A stretch of 64,000 nt of DNA, from the NCBI RefSeq assembly GCF_009914755.1, contig NC_060940.1; one strand, 5' to 3'. The translations under genes and the position numbers were made by a program. Under the pieces are notes generated by a model, which ran no database searches, was not told the DNA's origin, and saw only the letters and a list, made by a program, of their open reading frames with translations. This stretch comes from the human T2T-CHM13v2.0 reference genome, Homo sapiens. Shown here one piece after another: positions 40,783-62,026 of the stretch; within the stretch, counting starts at the first letter, position 1, and each line of letters opens with the position of its first letter.

Positions 40783-42609
40783 TAAGATGATACTCAGCAA
40801 GAGTGCTTAAGAAGCCATATAAAATCTACATGCTCAGATTTGGGAGTCTGTTCCAAGTAGTAACAACCTTGTGAAGCTCTGGTCATTGTTGTACTGCCTT
40901 GTTTTAAGTAAACTGTAGCATTTGACTAATCTAAACATAAAAGGCTATAAGATTCATTTTCTTTGCACTAGTCTTAGGATGTAAGAAAATTAAAACTGCA
41001 GGGTTGTGGGAAGTGTCTACAAACCACAGCTTTCCCAGCTATGGAGATGCTGACATGGCCTTGGAAAATACTTGCAGAAAACTCAACCTGCACTGACAAT
41101 ATCTGGGCCAATCAGGTTCCTTTCCTTCTCATCTGCTCCCATTCCTGTACATCCCTCTTCCCCAAGAAATGAGCCTATAATATCTATTCCAGATGAATAT
41201 GCTCCCATTTGAAACAAACCTAGAAAATCTAAATAAAAGTTTTTAAAATCCACAACTAATCTTAAAAAAGAAGAAACCTGTGGTACTAAGAAGGAAAAAA
41301 CAGGTTGAAAACCAGAGAGTTAACTGCATGAGCTGACACTGTGGATAGTGTAGTAAGAATAGGGCATGCATTTCAAATTTAGGACCCCAGAGATACCAGT
41401 TTTAATGACTAGGTAGAGATAGAAAATAAGATTGTGTGTCCTGTGTGCTGTGGAGTTAAAATAACGCCCACATAATTTGGGATCATCAAAGAAATTTTGC
41501 CATTCTCCTCAGGGAGATAACAATGAAATTTATCACTACCTGGGATTTGGGTAGAAAATAAGTTCTACTTGTATAGGCAAGGCAAATCCCAGAAATTAAT
41601 GCACCACAAAATCTTTCTGGATAGACATGTTCAATTCTATCATGCTTAATTCAATTCATGTAACAAATGTCCCACTGTAAATAAACTCACAATTGACAAA
41701 ATATAACATAAAAAACTATCTTGAAAGAGAATCGGCAAAACCCAATAAACAGAGTATTAAGACCCTCTAGAACTTCTAGTAAAATTGGACAGATTCTGAT
41801 CAGATTCTGATAGAGACTGTAATATGAACGTATACAAAATGATTAACACTATATAAGAAATAATAAAAAGAATAGGAAAAAATTACTCACTATGAAACAT
41901 GAAAGGGCAAATAAAAAATAAATAGTACATTTACAAATTTTTAAAAATATGCTTAGACATTGAATTCTAAAATCTCAAAAAACAGGCTAAAGAGCAGATT
42001 GGAAATAGGTGAAGACAGAATTAGTGAATTGGAAGATCTATCTGAATAACTCATGCAGAGCATAGTACAGAAAGACAAAAATACAGAAAATGTGAAAAAG
42101 TGGTTAAGTAAGATTTAGAGGAAGAAGTTCTAACATACATCTAATTGGAGTCCCAAACGATGAGAAAGAAAGAGAATGAGGCAGAGGATATGTTTAAAAT
42201 AATAGACAAGTAATGGAAGTCAGATTAATAGAGCCTAGTAAATCCTAAGTAGAACAAATAACAGTAAATCCATATCTAAACCTCTCATAATGAAATTTCA
42301 GAACAGCAAAGACAAAGAAAAGACCTTAAAAGTATATAATGTATCTTTAGAGGAGAAACAGATAGACAGCTGACTGCTGATCATCAACAATGGAAGTGAG
42401 AAGCCCACAGAATAAAATCAGCAATATGTTAAGAGAAAGTAACTAGAAGTGTACACTTCAACAGATAGTGGGGAAAAAATATTTTAAGAACAAAGGTGAA
42501 AACCCAAAACAGCTTGCCAACATCAGGGCATTACTAAAGGAAAGTCTAAAGGATATACTTTGGACATTATGAAAATTTTTGTAAAGTCAAAGATGAAGAC
42601 GGGATAAGG

Positions 42610-43590
<981 letters not shown>

Positions 43591-44041
43591 AAGATGTGAT
43601 AAGGAAGGAAAGGCACAGGGAGTGAAAACTATGTGTGTGAAACTAAAGAAACATTGACTTGATATGTAATGACTTGTGGGATTAAATGAGTAGAAACAAA
43701 TCATGGCAGGAGCAGTTGGTAGGTAGTAAGTGCAGTTAAAATGTTTCAAGGTCTTGGATGTTTCAGGAGTAGGAAAATGTACTGATTAATTTTGGAATTT
43801 GATTAACTTATACGTAATTAACAAAAAGAAAGAAAAAAAGGCATTTAACTTCCAAAGTAGTAGTAGAAAAAAATAAACGTGGGATAACCAACTAATCCAA
43901 AAGAAGGTAAGGAGGAAATAAAATGTATATGGAAACACAAATATAAAATACAAAATAAGATAATAACACAAAATAAGAAAATTCTAAACTAAGAAAATAG
44001 ACAGGGACTACAACTATATATTGTTTTTAATAGACATATTA

Positions 44042-44376
<335 letters not shown>

Positions 44377-44729
44377 CATACAGAAAAGTTGGAGGTAAAA
44401 AAAAAAAACCATAAATGAAACACTCTGGGAGGAAAAAACAACCTACTACAGCTATACTATTATTATTGGATAAAATAGACTTTAATTTAAAAATGTACTA
44501 TAAGTATCAGTTCCTCAGAAAGATTTTTGAAAAAAATAAAATGTACTTCATGACACAGCCTCATATATATAAAATAAAAATTGATAGGATTACCAGGAGA
44601 AACAAGCAAATCAACTGTCATTGATGAAGGTTTTAACTCATTTATGTTATTGGCAGATGAGGCAGACAGAAGATCAACAAATATATGGAGGATCTGAAAA
44701 ACACAAAACTAAAATTGACCTAATGGACA

Positions 44730-45856
44730 TATTGTTTTACCACATGAAACAGTTAGTATTAGATGACTTAAAAATTGTCTGAGGTTAGTGAAATTCATAT
44801 CTAATATATATTCTATTATAGTCTGTTTAGCATTTTTAATAGAATTCTATTCCTTAATTTTCTTTGTTAATTGGGCTGTTTTTGCTATTATTTTTTCCAC
44901 TATGTAAATACTGATGTCTTCCAAAGAATGCTGAATACTTTTAAAAAATATGAATGTAAACACACACAAGACCACTGAAACAGGCTGGAGCATCAATTTT
45001 GGAGACGGCTCTGTGAAAGAAAGAGTGAAATTTTTGCCTGGTTCTTCAAAAATTATATTCGAATAACTGACTCTCAAAGGCCTGGGAGAGGCCCAACTCT
45101 GTTTCGAAACATCAGTTCAGAACCATGATAGAAGCTATTTCACAAATTACAATTTGAGATTTATGACAATGCCTTAACATCGGCAATAGGGAAGGTGAAA
45201 AATTTAGGCAAGTAAATATACCAGCAGATAAGAGACTTTTTAAAAAACTGAGATGTTTAGAGGTATACATATTACTTTTCAGAGGGAACCATAACTAGTG
45301 ACAAAAATTGGCTGTACAACAATTGCAAATGACCTGGACAATGGTTAGATGTTGATGAAGCTGCACCAAACATGACCAAAACCATAACTTTTGCCAAAAT
45401 GCTTTTAGTTGACTGCATTTAAGCAACAGAAATTGAACTAAAAGCAACCCGCGTTGGCTGTTACCAGACACATTCCCAAATGTTTGCATGCCAACACTCC
45501 ACCACACTCATCATAAATTCCCATAGCAAAAGCAGCAGAATTGGGCTACGACATGTGTCTAACATTCTCACCAGACTTGTATCCAATGTGTTGCCACTTT
45601 TCTCAGGATTTGGAGCACTTTCCAATAAAGAAAACATACCCAATAGAGAAATAGTAATTGGAGAGTTTGAGTAATTTATAGTTTAAAAATGTCAAATTTT
45701 ATTAAAATGAAATATATCATGTAATAGTCCATTCCAAGAAAAACTATCAATGCTAATTGCATACATTTTAAATAAACAAAACATCCTTTTCAAAAAAATG
45801 CAGAATTTTCATTTTGACCTGTACAAACAGCAATTTCATATAATACAACTTAAATA
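44730..45856 (+). mobile_element. Ancient mariner transposon (MARNA-like) with degenerate TIRs and decayed transposase
   Basis: Hand translation gives ITSDKNWLYNN..QWLDVDEA (from 45291), LHANTPPH (45484) and ELGYD..FSPDL (to 45579), matching mariner motifs TCDEKWILYDN..QWLD, LHDNARPH and ELGYE..YSPDL. TA-flanked inverted ends at 44730-44752 and 45830-45856. Confidence 0.85.
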
Positions 45857-46348
45857 AACATAGTACAGCATACCAACCACAGAACAGAATATATATTATT
45901 TTCAAGTACTTATGGAACATTTACAAAAATGGGGCACACAGTGGGCCACAAACGGTAAAGCAAATATCAGCAAATTTCAAAGGACTGCAATGACAATGTT
46001 CTCTGAATACATGCAGTTAAACTAAAAATCAACAACGTAAGGTAACTAGGGAAACCGCTATGAATTAGGACTTTAGGAAACATTCCTAAAGAAGAAAATC
46101 CATAGATCAAAGAAAAGAATCACAACAAATTAGCAACTATATTAAAACTGACAATGAAAATGCTGAACTATATTTTAAAAGTTAAAGAATGCAGATAAAG
46201 AATGTACGTAGAAGAAATGATACCACTTTAAATGTTTACAAAGGAATACACATCTATCTGAGGAAAACAGAAAAAAAGAATATAGTATGTCCAAAAAGCT
46301 TGGAGTTTTAGATCTAACTATGACTGTATAAGAAAACAAGAGAGAGGA

Positions 46349-46743
<395 letters not shown>

Positions 46744-46922
46744 CTATAACAAATAGTTTCTCTTTAACAAATGAACTTCTGGGGTTGGGGAGAGAGAAAG
46801 ATTGAGAGAGAACATGGAGAGGTCTAGACAGAGACAGAGAGACAGAGACAGAGGAGAAACATATAGAACACAAGAGAGCCCAGAGTCTGGTTCAAATAAA
46901 ATTGATTTTAAAAAATGACCTT

Positions 46923-47714
<792 letters not shown>

Positions 47715-47715
<1 letters not shown>

Positions 47716-49010
47716 ATATACCCTGTCTTGTGCATTTGACTTTGGAACCTGGTAAAAGTATAAAACAGCAATAAACTAGAAATGCAATGCCTGAACACTG
47801 AAAGTAAAATGAAACAAGGGACGCTAACTGTGTAACTAGTTGGAAACATTATCTCTCAGAGAAGAACTATTCAAAGTGTTTTTAAAAAACAAGTTGACAG
47901 TACATCTAAATGGAATGTACTCTAAAAAATTCACTGTTTTCAGTAATTGTATTGGTGGTGGTAGTGTTAGTGTTGTTATGCTGAGACTTTTGTACACATA
48001 TTGTAGGATAAAGAAAAGAAGCAATCCTATTGGCATGGGAATTTTGGGCATGGGAAAAGGACCAGCAGACGTAGAGGTGACGTAGGTGAGTAAAAACCTG
48101 CAGCCCTGAGTCTGAATTGGGAGTATCTGTGTGAACTCATGATATAAAGAAAACATTTTCCAACATTGTCTGTTAAAGACTCCTAAAAACCATAACTGGC
48201 CTGCTACCAATGAGCAAGTCTAACATCCAGATTGTGTCTCTAATTATTCTTTCCAACCAACAGGAACCAGGGCTCATTGGAAAAATAATTGATTCCCCAT
48301 CTGGGACAGGAATTGTACAAGATGAGCATGGGACATGTTGGAAAACAAGGATGGTGCCATTGATGACAAAGGCTACATCAAAAGCACACAGGAACCAATT
48401 TAAAGGGATTCCCACTGGCTACAAGTGGGTCAAGAGCAGCAACAGTAACAATAACTTGAGCACACTGAAACACATCAATATATTTAAATCCAAGAGTTCA
48501 CAGTAACATTTTTGATGACACTAGCCATCATTAGAATATTCTAGAGAACCAACTCATTATTTTGAAAATTGGTAAATGAAGGAAAATAATCAAGTATTTG
48601 TCAGCATACAAATTTTACCTGTAACGAGATATTTGCTGGGGAGAAATTATTTTGTTTAGTTTTGTTTTGAGAAGTTTTCCAATTAACATATAGAAGGCAC
48701 ATCATAGGATATTGCCATTTCACAATCACTAGTGAGCTAATGGATCAAGGTCATGATCACCAATGGCTATAATGTCACAACAAGGAAAATGAGAATCATG
48801 TGTCATCTCCTGATGGGGGACGATATCTCATCCCCTATAAAGTAATTTTTGGGAAAAAAAAATCAAACCAGTATCCAGCTAAGCCTGTAGATCTAACTAT
48901 GAATTTACACAAAATACAGGAACAAAGCACATTAAATGACAAGAGGGTGCAAACCGCAAAATCCAAATCTTGGGAGAAATCTACAGAACAAATGCCTCAA
49001 AAACTAGAAA
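47715..49010 (+). mobile_element. L1MC-type 3'UTR
   Basis: GGAACCAGGGCTCATTGGAAAAATAATTGATTCC...GGGATTCCCACTGGC resembles L1MC3/4 3'UTR. Confidence 0.65.
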
Positions 49011-49013
49011 ATA

Positions 49014-49700
<687 letters not shown>

Positions 49701-49892
49701 TCAAAAGAGCCTCAGGAGATCTATCAATGAATGTAATGGATGTGGATCTTGATTCAAGGAAATGGTAAAAAAAAATATTGAGACAATTGGGAAAATGAAC
49801 ACTTAGTGGATATTTGATGATATTAAATAATTATTGTTAATAATTTTTAGGTATGAACTGTTGGTGTGGCTATATTTTGTAAAGAAGTTCTT

Positions 49893-50213
49893 GGCCAGGT
49901 ATGGTGGCTCATGCCTGTAATCCCAGCACTTTAGGAGGCTGAGGTGGGGAGATCACCTGAGGTCGGGAGTTCAAGACCAGCCTGGCCAACATGGTGAAAC
50001 CCTGTCTCTACTAAAAATACAAAAATTAGCTGGGCGTGGTGGTGCATGCCTGTAATCCCAGCTACTGGGAGAGGCCAAGACAGGAGAACTGCTTGAACTC
50101 AGGAGGCGGAGGTTGCAGTGAGCTGAGATCACACCACTGTACTCCAGCATGGGCGACAGAGTGAGACTGTCTCAAAACAAACAAACGAAAACAAAAAACA
50201 AAACAACAAAACA
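49893..50213 (+). mobile_element. Alu (AluSx-like)
   Basis: TSD AAAGAAGTTCTT. Confidence 0.95.
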
Positions 50214-51422
50214 AAAGAAGTTCTTCGCTTTTGCAGAGATACTCAGATGGTTGCAAATAAAAACATGTACAGATTTTTTCTTTAAATAATCTATGGGAGA
50301 GAGAAGGGGGTGGGATGTGGAAGAAATAAGATATTATGATTGACAGTTGCTAAAACTGGATGATGGTACATGAAGGTTCATTATGCTATTTCTTTTACTT
50401 TTATATATATTTATAAAGTTCCAAAATAAAGTATAAAAAATAAAAACTACCAACTTTCCAAATTATTTAGAGATATATACTAAAATATTTATGAAGCAAA
50501 TGGCATGCTGGCTGGCCTTATACCCTGAAAATAATCCTGAGGCAGGGGAGAGTAGGAGGAAATGTGAATGAAACAGATTGACCATATGTCAGTAACTGTT
50601 GAATGTAAATGATGGGGGCCTTAGGGTTCATTTTACTCTTCTTGCTACTGTTACATATGCTTGGAATTTTTCATAATAAAAAGGTTTTTTAAATAGAGAC
50701 AAATAGAAAGAAACAATAAAAGAGCAGAAACAAATGGAAATTGAAAAAAACGCAGAGGAATAATTCAACAAAACTCGAATCTCTAACTTTTAAAAGATTA
50801 ATAAAAACAAAGAAACTACTGGTAAGACAAACCAAGAAAACAATGGAAAAGGATAAAAAACAGTATTAGTAATGAGAATGAAAATGACTTACAGATGTGC
50901 AGATGTAAAAAATAAGACGATATCATAAATAAGTTTATATGAATAAATTTGAAGACTTGGATAAAATGGACAAATTCCTAAAAAAATACAACTTACCAAA
51001 AATGGTCCAAAAAGAAAAAGAAAATATAAATATTCATCATGAACATTTAAAAACCAGTTGAATCAGTAATCAAAAATCCTCCCACAAAGGAAACTGAAGG
51101 CTTCAATGGCTTCACCAATGAGTTTCACCAAATAACCAGGGAACAAACACTTTTAATATTACTCAAACTATTCTGAAGAACAGAAAAAAGGGAACAGTCT
51201 CCAACAGATTTCATGAGGCTAGCAAAACCTGGATGTCAAACCCTGACAAGTACATTATGAGAAAAAAAAATTAGGGAAAACATCAATCAAAAAATAGGTA
51301 TAAATTTCTAACTCAAGGATGAGCAAACTAAATCTAGCAACAAATAAAAATGATAACATGTCATAACCAAACAGGTTTTATCCCAGAAATGAAGAGTTTA
51401 TTTATCATTAGAAAATTAATTA

Positions 51423-51695
51423 CAGCTGACCCTCCATTTCTGCAGGTTCTATATTTGTGGATTCAACCAAGCATGAATTGAAATATAGTATTCAGAAGAA
51501 AAGAAAAGAGAAGAAAAGAAGGAGGGAGGGAGGGAGGGAGGGAAGGAAGGAAGGAAGGAAGGGAAGTGAAGGAAAAAAGAAGGAAGGAAATTATATGCAA
51601 ATCCTATGACATATATAAAGACTGTGAGCATCTGCAGATTTTGGTATCTGCAGGGATTCTGGAACCAATCTTTTACGGACACTGAGGGATGACTG
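51423..51695. mobile_element. MER2/MER2B (Tigger MITE) with internal polypurine microsatellite
   Basis: TA-flanked ends CAGCTGACCCTCC and GAGGGATGACTG; GGAA/GGAG repeat at ~51494-51590. Confidence 0.75.
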
Positions 51696-53049
51696 TACTG
51701 TAAGTCACCACATTAGCACATTAAAAAGAAAAATGATAACAGTTTACCCAATAAATCAAAAACGAGAGAACTTGATAAAACTCAAATCTATTTATTCAAC
51801 ATAAAAACTTTTAGCAAACTAGAAATAGTGTTAAATATCCTTTGTCTGACACAACGTATTTGCCCATGTCAAACTCTTGTTAATGGTCAAATACTGAAAG
51901 CTTCCTATGTGAAACGGGGATTAAGAACGGGTACCCACTCTTGTTACTCCTATTCAACATTATACTGGAGGTCACAGCCACTGCAAGAAGCGGTGTGAAA
52001 GGTAAAAATGATTGAGAGGCTGAAACAAAACTATTTATATAAGATATGATTGTGAAAGTAATATGATAAAGGAAATCTAAATTGAAATTAGAATTAATAG
52101 GAGAGTTTGGCAATATACTAAATCAATGGACAATAAACAATTATATTTTTATAATTAAATTGAGTTATCAAATTAAATTTTAAAAAGATATCATGTAAAA
52201 TAGCATAAAATACATCTAGAAATAAATCTAAACATTTATTGGAATAAGTTAAAAGATCTACATAGAGAACCATGCCATATTTATAAATGGGAAGGCTCAA
52301 TAGATAAAAATACAAAAATAAAAATAAATCAATTACCTTCCAATGGATGTGTAGCTTGCAGATAATTTCAATGAAAATCGCAAGCAATAGAGATTTTATT
52401 AGTGCAAATTTACAAGAGTAATTAAGATAGAATTAAGACTGGGAGGTGATAAGACTTATCTTGCCAGAATTTTCATAAAGCCATATTAATCAGAACAGTG
52501 TGACACTAATTGATAGAAGATAACTTGGCCAATGAAACAGAATAGAGTCTAGAGGTGGAGTTGGGAATATAGAGCTCTAGATAGGTAACAGAGTGACATT
52601 GCAGAATCAGGGCAGAAAGGAGTACCTTTTCAATAAATGATGCTGGAACCACTGGCCGCCCACAAGCCTAACATTGGCATGCGATATTTTATCGTGTAGT
52701 TCCAAATATTTTCTAATGTCCATGATAGTTTCTCTTTGAGCCATGAAATACTTAGAAATGTGCTTTTGTTTCCAAGATAAGGTTTTCATGTTTTTCTTAT
52801 CGCCTTTTGTTGTTAATATTTGTGTATGGTCTGAGTACAGGGTCCAATTTCATCTTTAACCATGTGGGAAGCCAGTGTTCTTATAACTCAGGTATGGCCC
52901 CACAATTCCATTTCTTGTCAATATCCTGGAGAAGTCCCTGCACAGGTCTCTAAGGGAACATGGTCCCTTGAGGATGAGTAACATGAGGGGTTTTGTTATG
53001 GGGTTGCTTGCAAAAGCAGGAAAATGTTACACAGGATGCTTTCCCTGAG

Positions 53050-54815
<1,766 letters not shown>

Positions 54816-54819
54816 GCAT

Positions 54820-55870
54820 CCTACACTCTTCTGCCATATTGATTCTACTTAAAGCCTAAAGCACCTCTCTTAAAAAGAAAATCAGTGACTCCTCAGTAAA
54901 TGCCAAACAAAAGTTCAGAGGTTTTAGCTAGGCATTGATGGTGTCCACAGTCTGTTCCACCAGACATTTCTGGATACTGTTCATCACCATATGTACTGTT
55001 CTCCAGTCAACCTGAATGACTCATATTTCAAGGTTGTGTGCACCACCGATTTGCACCTCCCTGCCCTGGCTCAGGTTCTTTTCCAAACTCTCTCAGTACG
55101 TTATCTCTGTGCATCTCAGTCCTACTTAACTTCTCATTCAGAACCCAGCAACCACGTCAACTCTTCCATGACGCCTTCCCTGATCTTACCCTCTGGAAAT
55201 TACTTCCCCTTCTGTTGACCTTCCATAACATTTGGTCTGTATATTTCTTATGGGCCTCATCACTCTGTAGACTATCTATTTAGGTTTGCCTTCTCTCACT
55301 CAGGAGGGCAAGCTCCTCAAGGGCAGTTAGTGTATCTTTTTGAAAATCTGTGTGTACTGGGTTGAATAGTGTCCCACTAAAATTCGTGTCCACCCAGCCC
55401 CTCAGAATATGACCTTATTTGACAATAGGGACTTTGAAGACGTAATTAGTTAAGATGAGAACATATGGGATAAGGGTTGGCCCTAGATACAATGACTGGC
55501 ATCTTTTGACAAAGGCCATGAGAACACACAGAGAGGAGAGCCTCACGGGAAGATGGAGGCTGAGACTGGCATGATGCATCCACAAGCCAAGGATGGCCAA
55601 GGACTGCCAGCAGCCACCAAGAGCTAGGGGACAAGCATGGAACAGACTCTAGCCTTAGGCTTTCAGAGGGAGCACAGCTCTGCCAACACCTTGATTTCAG
55701 ACTTCTAGACTGCAGAACTGTGAGAAAATGAATTTCTATTGCTTTAAATCACATAGTTCATGCTGATGTAGTACAGCAAACCTGGGAAGCTAACACTGTG
55801 CACCCACTGGAGTTCAGTATAGCCCTTGGGTGTGAAGATCAGTAACTGCTGTATGAAAAAATGAATAAAT
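54820..55870 (+). mobile_element. Second L2 3' fragment split by MLT1C
   Basis: GCTCCTCAAGGGCAG before the LTR and ATGAATAAATG terminus after it. Confidence 0.55.
55353..55795 (+). mobile_element. MLT1C-like MaLR solo LTR
   Basis: TGTACTGGGTTGAATAGTGTCCC...TAACA with 5-bp TSD CTGTG. Confidence 0.88.
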
Positions 55871-56352
55871 GTTGAAGCTGGCATTGCGTGACTCTAGAGC
55901 ACATAGTGACATTATTGCTATGACTGTAGGGATTTGGGATGGTCAGTAATGGCTCCCAAATATCTCTTCATGAGGGGGTACTTCAAATGTGATTCAATAT
56001 GAGGGAGGGGACCAAGGGCTCCTGTTAGGCTGCTAAGGAACTCCAGGAGCCTTGGATTCCAGTGCAGTTCAGAAGGGAGGGACAGGACAGTTGGGGAAGG
56101 CAGGTTCTATGAGACATATAAGACTTCTCAGTATAACAAATTTCTGCATTTCAGAGAGCTTACCAGCTTGTATCTACTTTTATTTTCTCTGTTGTTTTCT
56201 CTCCATCAAATGCCTTCTCCAGGACAAATTCTTCTGGTTTAGCTAGGTCAAGCCATATCACCTCTACTCCATAAATCTCAGTTCATATGTATTTTCTTTT
56301 GTAGGCCAAGAGTAGGCTGTAAATTTCACACTGTGATACTAGAATACCATTC

Positions 56353-56656
56353 TTTTTATCTTTTTTTTTTTTTTGACAGGATCTTACTCTGTTGCCCAGG
56401 CTGGAGCGTAGTGGCGTGATCTTGACTCACTACAGCCTCAAACTCTCAGGCTCAAGCAATCCTTCCATCTCACCCTCCTGAGTAGCTAGGACCACAAGCA
56501 CGCATCGCCACGCCCGACCAATTTTTAAAATTTTTTTGTAGAGTCAGAGTCTCTCTGTGTTGCCCAGGCTGGTCTCAAACTCCTGAGCTCAAGCAATCTT
56601 CCCATCTCAGACACCAAATGTGTTGGGATTACAGGCATGAGCCACTGTGCCTGGCC
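56353..56656 (-). mobile_element. AluJ
   Basis: J-type arms; TSD-like TAGAA.AC.ATTCTT. Confidence 0.92.
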
Positions 56657-56697
56657 TAGAACACGATTCTTGATCACCCATTTCTTCAAATACTCTC

Positions 56698-56997
56698 TTT
56701 TTTGTTTGTTTGTTTTTTGAGACAGAGTCTTACTTTGTTGCCCAGGCTGGAGTGCAGTGGTGCAATCTCCACTCACTGCAAACTCCGCCTCCTGGCTTCA
56801 AGCAATTCTCTGCCTCAGCCTACCGAGTAGCTGGGATTACAGGAGCCTGCCACCACGCCTGGCTAATTTTTGTATTTTTAGTAGAGACGGGGTTTCACCA
56901 TCGTGGCCAGGCTGGTCTTGAACTCCTGACCTCGTGATCCACCTGCCTCAGCCTCCCAAAGTGCTGGGATTACAGGTGTGAGCCACCACGCCCGGCC
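56698..56997 (-). mobile_element. Alu (AluSg-like)
   Basis: Full dimer. Confidence 0.94.
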
Positions 56998-57302
56998 TTT
57001 GAATACTATCTTAAAGAGAGGGTTTCTTCATACTATCATAGTTCTTACAGAGGATGAGTTTGTTCTCTGTGATCTTTCAAGTTTGATGATACAGGTAATA
57101 CCCAGCTTCCTGGTTTAAGCACTCAGTGGATCTCACTGCATGTCTGTTATCCCTCCATTAGCCACGGGGGTGTCAGTAGAGGAGAGCCATAAGTTGGAGT
57201 CAGCCACTCAACCGGCCTTTTGGAAGTCTCTTCCATCAGTGTGGATGTCCTCTGAGATGCAAAGTCTTATTACAATCTATCCAAGAAAAGTCAATCTAAA
57301 AC

Positions 57303-57479
57303 CAGGACCAGCTACATAATTTGCAAGGTCTGGTGCAAAATGAAAACGTGGAGCCCCTTGTTCAACAATGATTCAGATTTCAAGGCAATGGCTGCACAGC
57401 ATTACAGCAGAAGTGGGGCCCTTCTGGGCACAGGGCTCCATGCCACTGCACAGCTTGCCTGCCTATGAAGCTCGACCTG
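57303..57479 (-). mobile_element. MER91A (hAT-Tip100 MITE)
   Basis: CAGGACCAGCTACATAATTTGC...GCAAAATGAAAA..GCCCCTTGTTCAA...ATGAAGCTCGACCTG resembles recalled MER91A. Confidence 0.75.
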
Positions 57480-58133
57480 TCTCCAGTTGAAAACCAGATG
57501 TTACATTTCACAAGCAAACACTAACAGCATTTGGATTGCAAATTGCTTTGGATTTTCTCCACCACTGCTTCCCTCCATTAGGAGAGATCATCAAAAATGA
57601 TGGCAGCTGATTGAGAACTATATAAATGGTTTACACAATGAATAATAAATTCCAGATTAAAATGTCATTAAAAAAAAAAAAAAAACAACAACCTAAACCT
57701 TTAACAGCCCACTGGTGAATACACTTCCACCGGTATAATGAGACTCACTTCCAGGGCAGAAAAAGATGAGGCCTCTCTTTGGAGAACAGAATTCTTACTC
57801 TGTGGATTCTTAGGCCAGTTACTGTTGATTAGATAGATGGTTTACTCTGTTTTATGCTTGGAGTTTGCTGCAGATGTCAGCCTAAAGCTATTGATGATGG
57901 TGATGGCTCTTGTCTCCTCGTTTTCCCCACCCACTTTTGGGGTAAGTTTGGGAGGGCTGGAGTTGCTGGACTTTGGATACGGAGCATCTTATTTGTACAT
58001 GGCACCATGCCAACATTTTGTAAGGGAATTCTGAGATGTTCTTTGTATCAGAATGTAGGATGCCTTGCAGTTGCACCCAAACTGTAAGTAACCTCCAAAT
58101 CTGGATAAGGTTGTATTAACAAGATCAGACTAA

Positions 58134-58657
<524 letters not shown>

Positions 58658-59107
58658 ATTTTCTCTTCTAATGGCATCATGGATCTTTGAAATCTGCACC
58701 ATTAGGCTTGTCTTTGTCAACATAGGCTTAGCCTACCACTCACACCCAATCCCTTCCAGAAGAGTAGGCACATACCCAAATCTGGTTTGTCATGGAACAC
58801 CACTGCCCTGAACATGGGGATTGGAACCCAGTCTAACTCCAGATCCACAAGCTATTCTTTACACCTAGCATAACGCCCTGCCCAAAGCAGGTGGTCAGTA
58901 AATATTTGAGGAAAACCTCAGCACCATGAGTGATAGCCTTTTTTGTTTCTCAAAAAAAAAAAAATGTTGAGTGTTTTATTAGCAAATATATTTCCAGTCT
59001 GGCTTTGAAGTGTGAGAGAACCCAATTCATCTCCTGATAATGAAGCATATACTGCCTTGGGTCATGTAAACATTCTTGTACTGTTATTGTTATTTAACAA
59101 TTGTTTG

Positions 59108-59444
<337 letters not shown>

Positions 59445-59920
59445 TCATCATGTGGTTACTTTTACTTTCCTTTTTCTTCAATTAAAACTCATTGAGGGCA
59501 GAAAATATGTTTATGATTTTGTACATCCTACATAGTAATCCAACAGAATGGGCATTTAACAGACAGTTCTTTTGATTTCTGATTCTGTAGCCCACTACTG
59601 TTCTTCCTTCAATTTTGTCACTTTCTCCACCTTTACCCCATCAGATATTCCCTGACTTCTAGAGCTTTTTTCAATGTGAACTTTAATATTTTAAAAGGTG
59701 AAGCCATCTAGAAAATAATGTTAAGTGAACGGAAAGCACGTTACTGAAATAGATGCTTAGAATAACATTTAGGAACACAGAATAAAGGAAATGCTGGAAA
59801 AAAACATGTGAGTGTAGCAAAAGTATAATATGGTCAGGAACAAAACACACCAACTTCAGGAGAGAGGAAGGGGAGTGGGCTTGGGGGCTGTGACTTTTTT
59901 GTTTCCAATAAAGAAAATGA

Positions 59921-60110
59921 GGCCAGGTGCGGTGGCATATGCCTGTAGTCCCAACTACTCAGGAGGCTGGAGCAGGACGATTGCTTGAACCTGAGAAGCT
60001 GAGGCTTCAGTGAGCTGTGATGTTACCACTGCACTCCAGCCTAAGCAACAGAGTGAGACCTTGTCTCAAAACAAAACAGAAAAAGGAAAAGAAAAGAAGA
60101 ACAGAAAAAA
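59921..60110 (+). mobile_element. Alu monomer (FRAM-like)
   Basis: Single right-arm-type monomer with A-rich tail. Confidence 0.85.
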
Positions 60111-60600
60111 CATGTTCTGAAGCAACTATAACAACATGTGAAACATTTTAAAATCTGGCTGGTGGGTTTTTTCTAAAATATTTTATTCTAAAATGATGTT
60201 TCAGTTGTTTAATTTGGGAGGCCACGAAAAATTTAGTCCTAGAGATAAATGTATATCACGCAGTGCTGAGACCGTATGAATACTACAGAACGAGCAGCTT
60301 CCATTTTACCATGGAATGTGAGGTAGGTGCAAGGAAGCAACGTCTTTCTATTACGAGAACTTCTTTGGTCTCATGAGACGATTCCTCCAAAGGGCAGGGG
60401 AGAAAACCAAGCAAGGCCTTTATCCTGCCTTAATTGTCCATATATGCCACATCCCCAAAAAGTACTTTTAGGAAGAACTGTGTGCACGTATTTAAATCTT
60501 CCATGTAAAGCCTCAACCTCTATGAATTCCTAATTCTGACCACTTCCACTAAGTTTCTTTCACACTTTATGGAAAAATAACTTCAAAATATTATCATCTC

Positions 60601-61260
<660 letters not shown>

Positions 61261-61636
61261 AGAGATAAACATGTCAGTAAAAAATGGGCATAGGACAGGA
61301 ATTGATAACTCTCAGATGTAATACAACTGGCTAATAAGCCTATAACAAAATTAAATGTAATTAAGACATTGAGGCATTCTTTAAACAATAAGATGGGCAA
61401 AGATTAAAAATACGAGAATACTGAAAGTTGGTAAGATGTGCTCCCATAGACAGTTAATAAGAATGTAAGTTGACAAAAACTTTCTAAGTACCTGAAAACT
61501 TTCTAAGAACCTTGAAACCAGTAATCCCACCTCCAGAAATCCCTCCTACAAAAATTCAAAATAACATTATTTATTATAACAAATGAACACACAAAAGTCA
61601 GTTACATGGCCAACACTCGGAGAATGAATACATTAA

Positions 61637-62026
<390 letters not shown>

